NCBI GenBank assembly: GCA_964057225.1 | Contig: OZ059897.1 | Coordinates: 17,360,001-17,424,000, forward strand | DNA length: 64,000 nt | Origin: Auanema rhodensis | Lineage: Eukaryota > Animalia > Nematoda | Direction: 5' to 3' | Program-made: the position numbers and the translations under genes | In this document: one piece after another, positions 57,487 to 64,000 of the stretch | Numbering within the stretch: position 1 is the first letter of the stretch | How the letters are laid out: every line of letters begins with the position of its first letter | Notes under the pieces: model-generated | Database searches by the model: none | What the model saw: only the letters and a program-made list of their open reading frames with translations | Told to the model about the DNA's origin: nothing

Positions 57487-60400
57487 ATCTTTTCATCTTT
57501 CACGGGAAGCGAGATACATACCGAGTGCACATCGCGTGTACATTTAATTAGCATAAATTAAAGTTCACGTAAATTTCAAAGTCATGTTTACCATGCATCA
57601 ATATCAATAAAATATTGTTTTTAGACTAATATGGACTTGGGGAATCTAATTTTGAAAACCGCATCTCTTTATCTTTCACGGGAAGCGAGTTTCATACAAG
57701 TGCACATCACGTGTACATTTAATTAGCATAAATTAAAGTTCACGTAAATTTCGAAGTCATGGTTACCATGCACTAATATCAATGAAAATTTGGTTTTAGA
57801 CTAATATGGATATGGGGAATCTAATTTTGAAAACCGCATCTTTTCATCTTTCACGGGAAGCGAGTTACATACCGAGTGCACATCGCGTGTACATTTAATT
57901 AGCATAAATTAAAGTTCACGTAAATTTCAAAGTCATGGTTACCATGCATCAATATCAATAAAATATTGTTTTTAGACTAATATGGACTTGGGGAATCTAA
58001 TTTTGAAAACCGCATCTCTTTATCTTTCACGGGAAGCGAGTTTCATACCAAGTGCACATCACGTGTACATTTAATTAGCATAAATTAAAGTTCACGTAAA
58101 TTTCAAAATCATGGTTACCATGCACCAATATCAATAAAAATTTGTTTTCAGACTAATATGGTCATGGGGAATCTAATTTTGAAAACCGCATCTCTTCATC
58201 TTTCACGGGAAGCGAGTTACATACCAAGTACACATCACGTGTACATTTAATTAGCATAAATTAAAGTTCACGTAAATTTCAAAGTCATGGTTACCATGCA
58301 CCAATATCAATAAAAAATTGTTTTTAGACTAAGATGGACATGGGGAATCTAATTTTGAAAACCGCATCTCTTTATCTTTCACGGGAAGCGAGTTACATAC
58401 CAAGGGCACATCACGTGTACATTTAATCAGCATAAATTGAAGTTCACGTAAATTTCAAAGTCATGGTTACCATGCACCAATATCAATAAAAATTTGTTTT
58501 TAGACTAATATAGACATGGGGAATCTAATTTTGAAAATCGCATCTCTTTATCTTTCACGGGAAGCGAGTTTCATACAAGTGCACATCACGTGTACATTTA
58601 ATTAGCATAAATTGAAGTTCACGTGAATTTCAAAGTCATGGTTACCATGCACTAATATGAATAAGAATTTGTTTTTAGACTAATGTGGACATGGGGAATC
58701 TAATTTTGAAAACCGCATCTCTTTATCTTTCACGGGAAGCGAGATACATACCGAGTGCACATCGCGTGTACATTTAATTAGCATAAATTAAAGTTCACGT
58801 AAATTTCAAAGTCATGGTTACCATGCATCAATATCAATAAAATATTGTTTTTAGACTAATATGGACTTGGGGAATCTAATTTTGAAAACCGCATCTTTTT
58901 ATCTTTCACGGGAAGCGAGTTTCATACCAAGTGCACATCACGTGTACATTTAATTAGCATAAATTGAAGTTCACGTAAATATCAAAGTCATGGTTACCAT
59001 GCACTAATATCAATGAAAATTTGTTTTTAGACTAATATGGTTATGGGGAATCTAATTTTGAAAACCGCATCTTTTCATCTTTCACGGGAAGCGAGATACA
59101 TACCGAGTGCACATCGCGTGTACATTTAATTAGCATAAATTAAAGTTCACGTAAATTTCGAAGTCATGGTTACCATGCACTAATATCAATAAAAAATTGT
59201 TTTTAGACTAATATGGACTTGGGGAATCTAATTTTGAAAACCGCATCTTTTCATCTTTCACGGGAAGCGAGATACATACCGAGTGCACATCGCGTGTACA
59301 TTTAATTAGCATAAATTAAAGTTCACGTAAATTTCAAAGTCATGTTTACCATGCATCAATATCAATAAAATATTGTTTTTAGACTAATATGGACTTGGGG
59401 AATCTAATATTGAAAACCGCATCTCTTTATCTTTCACGGGAAGCGAGTTTCATACAAGTGCACATCACGTGTACATTTAATTAGCATAAATTAAAGTTCA
59501 CGTAAATTTCGAAGTCATGGTTACCATGCACTAATATCAATGAAAATTTGGTTTTAGACTAATATGGATATGGGGAATCTAATTTTGAAAACCGCATCTT
59601 TTCATCTTTCACGGGAAGCGAGTTACATACCGAGTGCACATCGCGTGTACATTTAATTAGCATAAATTAAAGTTCACGTAAATTTCAAAGTCATGGTTAC
59701 CATGCATCAATATCAATAAAATATTGTTTTTAGACTAATATGGACTTGGGGAATCTAATTTTGAAAACCGCATCTCTTTATCTTTCACGGGAAGCGAGTT
59801 TCATACCAAGTGCACATCACGTGTACATTTAATTAGCATAAATTAAAGTTCACGTAAATTTCAAAATCATGGTTACCATGCACCAATATCAATAAAAATT
59901 TGTTTTCAGACTAATATGGTCATGGGGAATCTAATTTTGAAAACCGCATCTCTTCATCTTTCACGGGAAGCGAGTTACATACCAAGTACACATCACGTGT
60001 ACATTTAATTAGCATAAATTAAAGTTCACGTAAATTTCAAAGTCATGGTTACCATGCACCAATATCAATAAAAAATTGTTTTTAGACTAAGATGGACATG
60101 GGGAATCTAATTTTGAAAACCGCATCTCTTTATCTTTCACGGGAAGCGAGTTACATACCAAGGGCACATCACGTGTACATTTAATCAGCATAAATTGAAG
60201 TTCACGTAAATTTCAAAGTCATGGTTACCATGCACCAATATCAATAAAAATTTGTTTTTAGACTAATATAGACATGGGGAATCTAATTTTGAAAATCGCA
60301 TCTCTTTATCTTTCACGGGAAGCGAGTTTCATACAAGTGCACATCACGTGTACATTTAATTAGCATAAATTGAAGTTCACGTGAATTTCAAAGTCATGGT

Positions 60401-63400
60401 TACCATGCACCAATATGAATAAGAATTTGTTTTTAGACTAATGTGGACATGGGGAATCTAATTTTGAAAACCGCATCTCTTTATCTTTCACGGGAAGCGA
60501 GATACATACCGAGTGCACATCGCGTGTACATTTAATTAGCATAAATTGAAGTTCACGTAAATATCAAAGTCATGGTTACCATGCACTAATATCAATGAAA
60601 ATTTGGTTTTAGACTAATATGGATATGGGGAATCTAATTTTGAAAACCGCATCTTTTTATCTTTCACGGGAAGCGAGTTTCATACCAAGTGCACATCACG
60701 TGTACATTTAATTAGCATAAATTGAAGTTCACGTAAATATCAAAGTCATGGTTACTATGCACCAATATCAATAAAAATTTGTTTTTAGACTAATATAGAC
60801 ATGGGGAATCGAATTTTGAAAATCGCATCTCTTCATCTTTCACGGGAAGCGAGATACATACCGAGTGCACATCGCGTGTACATTTAATTAGCATAAATTA
60901 AAGTTCACGTAAATTTCGAAGTCATGGTTACCATGCACTAATATCAATAAAAAATTGTTTTTAGACTAATATGGACTTGGGGAATCTAATTTTGAAAACC
61001 GCATCTTTTCATCTTTCACGGGAAGCGAGATACATACCGAGTGCACATCGCGTGTACATTTAATTAGCATAAATTAAAGTTCACGTAAATTTCAAAGTCA
61101 TGTTTACCATGCATCAATATCAATAAAATATTGTTTTTAGACTAATATGGACTTGGGGAATCTAATATTGAAAACCGCATCTCTTTATCTTTCACGGGAA
61201 GCGAGTTTCATACAAGTGCACATCACGTGTACATTTAATTAGCATAAATTAAAGTTCACGTAAATTTCGAAGTCATGGTTACCATGCACTAATATCAATG
61301 AAAATTTGGTTTTAGACTAATATGGATATGGGGAATCTAATTTTGAAAACCGCATCTTTTCATCTTTCACGGGAAGCGAGTTACATACCGAGTGCACATC
61401 GCGTGTACATTTAATTAGCATAAATTAAAGTTCACGTAAATTTCAAAGTCATGGTTACCATGCATCAATATCAATAAAATATTGTTTTTAGACTAATATG
61501 GACTTGGGGAATCTAATTTTGAAAACCGCATCTCTTTATCTTTCACGGGAAGCGAGTTTCATACCAAGTGCACATCACGTGTACATTTAATTAGCATAAA
61601 TTAAAGTTCACGTAAATTTCAAAATCATGGTTACCATGCACCAATATCAATAAAAATTTGTTTTCAGACTAATATGGTCATGGGGAATCTAATTTTGAAA
61701 ACCGCATCTCTTCATCTTTCACGGGAAGCGAGTTACATACCAAGTACACATCACGTGTACATTTAATTAGCATAAATTAAAGTTCACGTAAATTTCAAAG
61801 TCATGGTTACCATGCACCAATATCAATAAAAAATTGTTTTTAGACTAAGATGGACATGGGGAATCTAATTTTGAAAACCGCATCTCTTTATCTTTCACGG
61901 GAAGCGAGTTACATACCAAGGGCACATCACGTGTACATTTAATCAGCATAAATTGAAGTTCACGTAAATTTCAAAGTCATGGTTACCATGCACCAATATC
62001 AATAAAAATTTGTTTTTAGACTAATATAGACATGGGGAATCTAATTTTGAAAATCGCATCTCTTTATCTTTCACGGGAAGCGAGTTTCATACAAGTGCAC
62101 ATCACGTGTACATTTAATTAGCATAAATTGAAGTTCACGTGAATTTCAAAGTCATGGTTACCATGCACCAATATGAATAAGAATTTGTTTTTAGACTAAT
62201 GTGGACATGGGGAATCTAATTTTGAAAACCGCATCTCTTTATCTTTCACGGGAAGCGAGATACATACCGAGTGCACATCGCGTGTACATTTAATTAGCAT
62301 AAATTGAAGTTCACGTAAATATCAAAGTCATGGTTACCATGCACTAATATCAATGAAAATTTGGTTTTAGACTAATATGGATATGGGGAATCTAATTTTG
62401 AAAACCGCATCTTTTTATCTTTCACGGGAAGCGAGTTTCATACCAAGTGCACATCACGTGTACATTTAATTAGCATAAATTGAAGTTCACGTAAATATCA
62501 AAGTCATGGTTACTATGCACCAATATCAATAAAAATTTGTTTTTAGACTAATATAGACATGGGGAATCGAATTTTGAAAATCGCATCTCTTTATCTTTCA
62601 CGGGAAGCGAGTTTCATACCAAGTGCACATCACGTGTACATTTAATTAGCATAAATTAAAGTTCACGTAAATTTCGAAGTCATGGTTACCATGCACTAAT
62701 ATCAATGAAAATTCGGTTTTAGACTAATATGGATATGGGGAATCTAATTTTGAAAACCGCATCTTTTCATCTTTCACGGGAAGCGAGATACATACCGAGT
62801 GCACATCGCGTGTACATTTAATTAGCATAAATTAAAGTTCACGTAAATTTCAAAGTCATGTTTACCATGCATCAATATCAATAAAATATTGTTTTTAGAC
62901 TAATATGGACTTGGGGAATCTAATTTTGAAAACCGCATCTCTTTATCTTTCACGGGAAGCGAGTTTCATACAAGTGCACATCACGTGTACATTTAATTAG
63001 CATAAATTAAAGTTCACGTAAATTTCGAAGTCATGGTTACCATGCACTAATATCAATGAAAATTTGGTTTTAGACTAATATGGATATGGGGAATCTAATT
63101 TTGAAAACCGCATCTTTTCATCTTTCACGGGAAGCGAGTTACATACCGAGTGCACATCGCGTGTACATTTAATTAGCATAAATTAAAGTTCACGTAAATT
63201 TCAAAGTCATGGTTACCATGCATCAATATCAATAAAATATTGTTTTTAGACTAATATGGACTTGGGGAATCTAATTTTGAAAACCGCATCTCTTTATCTT
63301 TCACGGGAAGCGAGTTTCATACCAAGTGCACATCACGTGTACATTTAATTAGCATAAATTAAAGTTCACGTAAATTTCAAAATCATGGTTACCATGCACC

Positions 63401-64000
63401 AATATCAATAAAAATTTGTTTTCAGACTAATATGGTCATGGGGAATCTAATTTTGAAAACCGCATCTCTTCATCTTTCACGGGAAGCGAGTTACATACCA
63501 AGTACACATCACGTGTACATTTAATTAGCATAAATTAAAGTTCACGTAAATTTCAAAGTCATGGTTACCATGCACCAATATCAATAAAAAATTGTTTTTA
63601 GACTAAGATGGACATGGGGAATCTAATTTTGAAAACCGCATCTCTTTATCTTTCACGGGAAGCGAGTTACATACCAAGGGCACATCACGTGTACATTTAA
63701 TCAGCATAAATTGAAGTTCACGTAAATTTCAAAGTCATGGTTACCATGCACCAATATCAATAAAAATTTGTTTTTAGACTAATATAGACATGGGGAATCT
63801 AATTTTGAAAATCGCATCTCTTTATCTTTCACGGGAAGCGAGTTTCATACAAGTGCACATCACGTGTACATTTAATTAGCATAAATTGAAGTTCACGTGA
63901 ATTTCAAAGTCATGGTTACCATGCACTAATATGAATAAGAATTTGTTTTTAGACTAATGTGGACATGGGGAATCTAATTTTGAAAACCGCATCTCTTTAT
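57487..64000 (+). repeat. 10-mer HOR, 1758 bp, 3.7 copies, running off the window end
   Basis: CATGTTTACC monomer at 57487, 59245, 61003, 62761. AATCAGC/CAAGGG monomer at 58366, 60124, 61882, 63640. Confidence 0.93.

Larger units (their letters stand above)
1..64000. repeat. Tandem satellite DNA array, 176-bp monomer, about 365 copies head-to-tail; probably centromeric/pericentromeric; extends beyond both window edges
   Basis: The unit ATCTCTTTATCTTTCACGGGAAGCGAG...TAATTTTGAAAACCGC restarts at 1, 177, 353, 529, 705, 881, 1057 and continues to 63991 with no foreign sequence. A B-type monomer has 59/176 G+C. Centromeric role inferred only from nucleosome-scale length, AT richness and HOR structure. 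Confidence 0.98.

Noticed and set aside
1-64000. Protein-coding ORFs or a repeat-protein gene
   Set aside because: Stop codons are dense on both strands (TTTAATTAGCATAAATTAAA, TTAGACTAA), 176 is not a multiple of 3, and indels of 1, 2 and 31 bp are tolerated.
1-64000. Tandem 5S rRNA, tRNA or snRNA gene array
   Set aside because: No 5S or tRNA sequence hallmarks, no clear Pol III A/B/C boxes, and no gene-versus-spacer conservation contrast.
1-64000. Embedded transposon, inversion or array boundary
   Set aside because: Reading end to end, every stretch matches the monomer in the same orientation; the largest disruptions are the 31-bp deletions.

Overview
The whole 64 kb window is one uninterrupted, head-to-tail tandem satellite array. 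It holds about 365 monomers of a 176-bp, roughly 33% GC unit, all in the same orientation. I found no genes, RNA genes, transposon insertions, inversions or CRISPR spacers. Length, composition and organisation fit a eukaryotic centromeric or pericentromeric satellite, but I do not recognise the family or species, so that role is an inference. Monomers differ by a small set of recurrent variants that define a patchwork of local higher-order repeats (HORs): 8-mer (1407 bp), 3-mer, 6-mer (1056 and 1055 bp), 14-mer (2430 bp), 13-mer (2255 bp), an alternating 12/14-mer forming a 26-mer super-repeat (4570 bp), and a 10-mer (1758 bp) with a probable 30-mer super-period. Monomer length classes are 176, 175 (two independent 1-bp deletions), 145 (31-bp deletion, six copies) and 178 bp (three copies). 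The most unusual signal is that many recurrent variants each repair a mismatch in a pre-existing imperfect palindrome of the monomer. I see no evidence for a novel protein-coding or defence system. All periods were counted by hand from marker variants, and domain edges are approximate to about one monomer.
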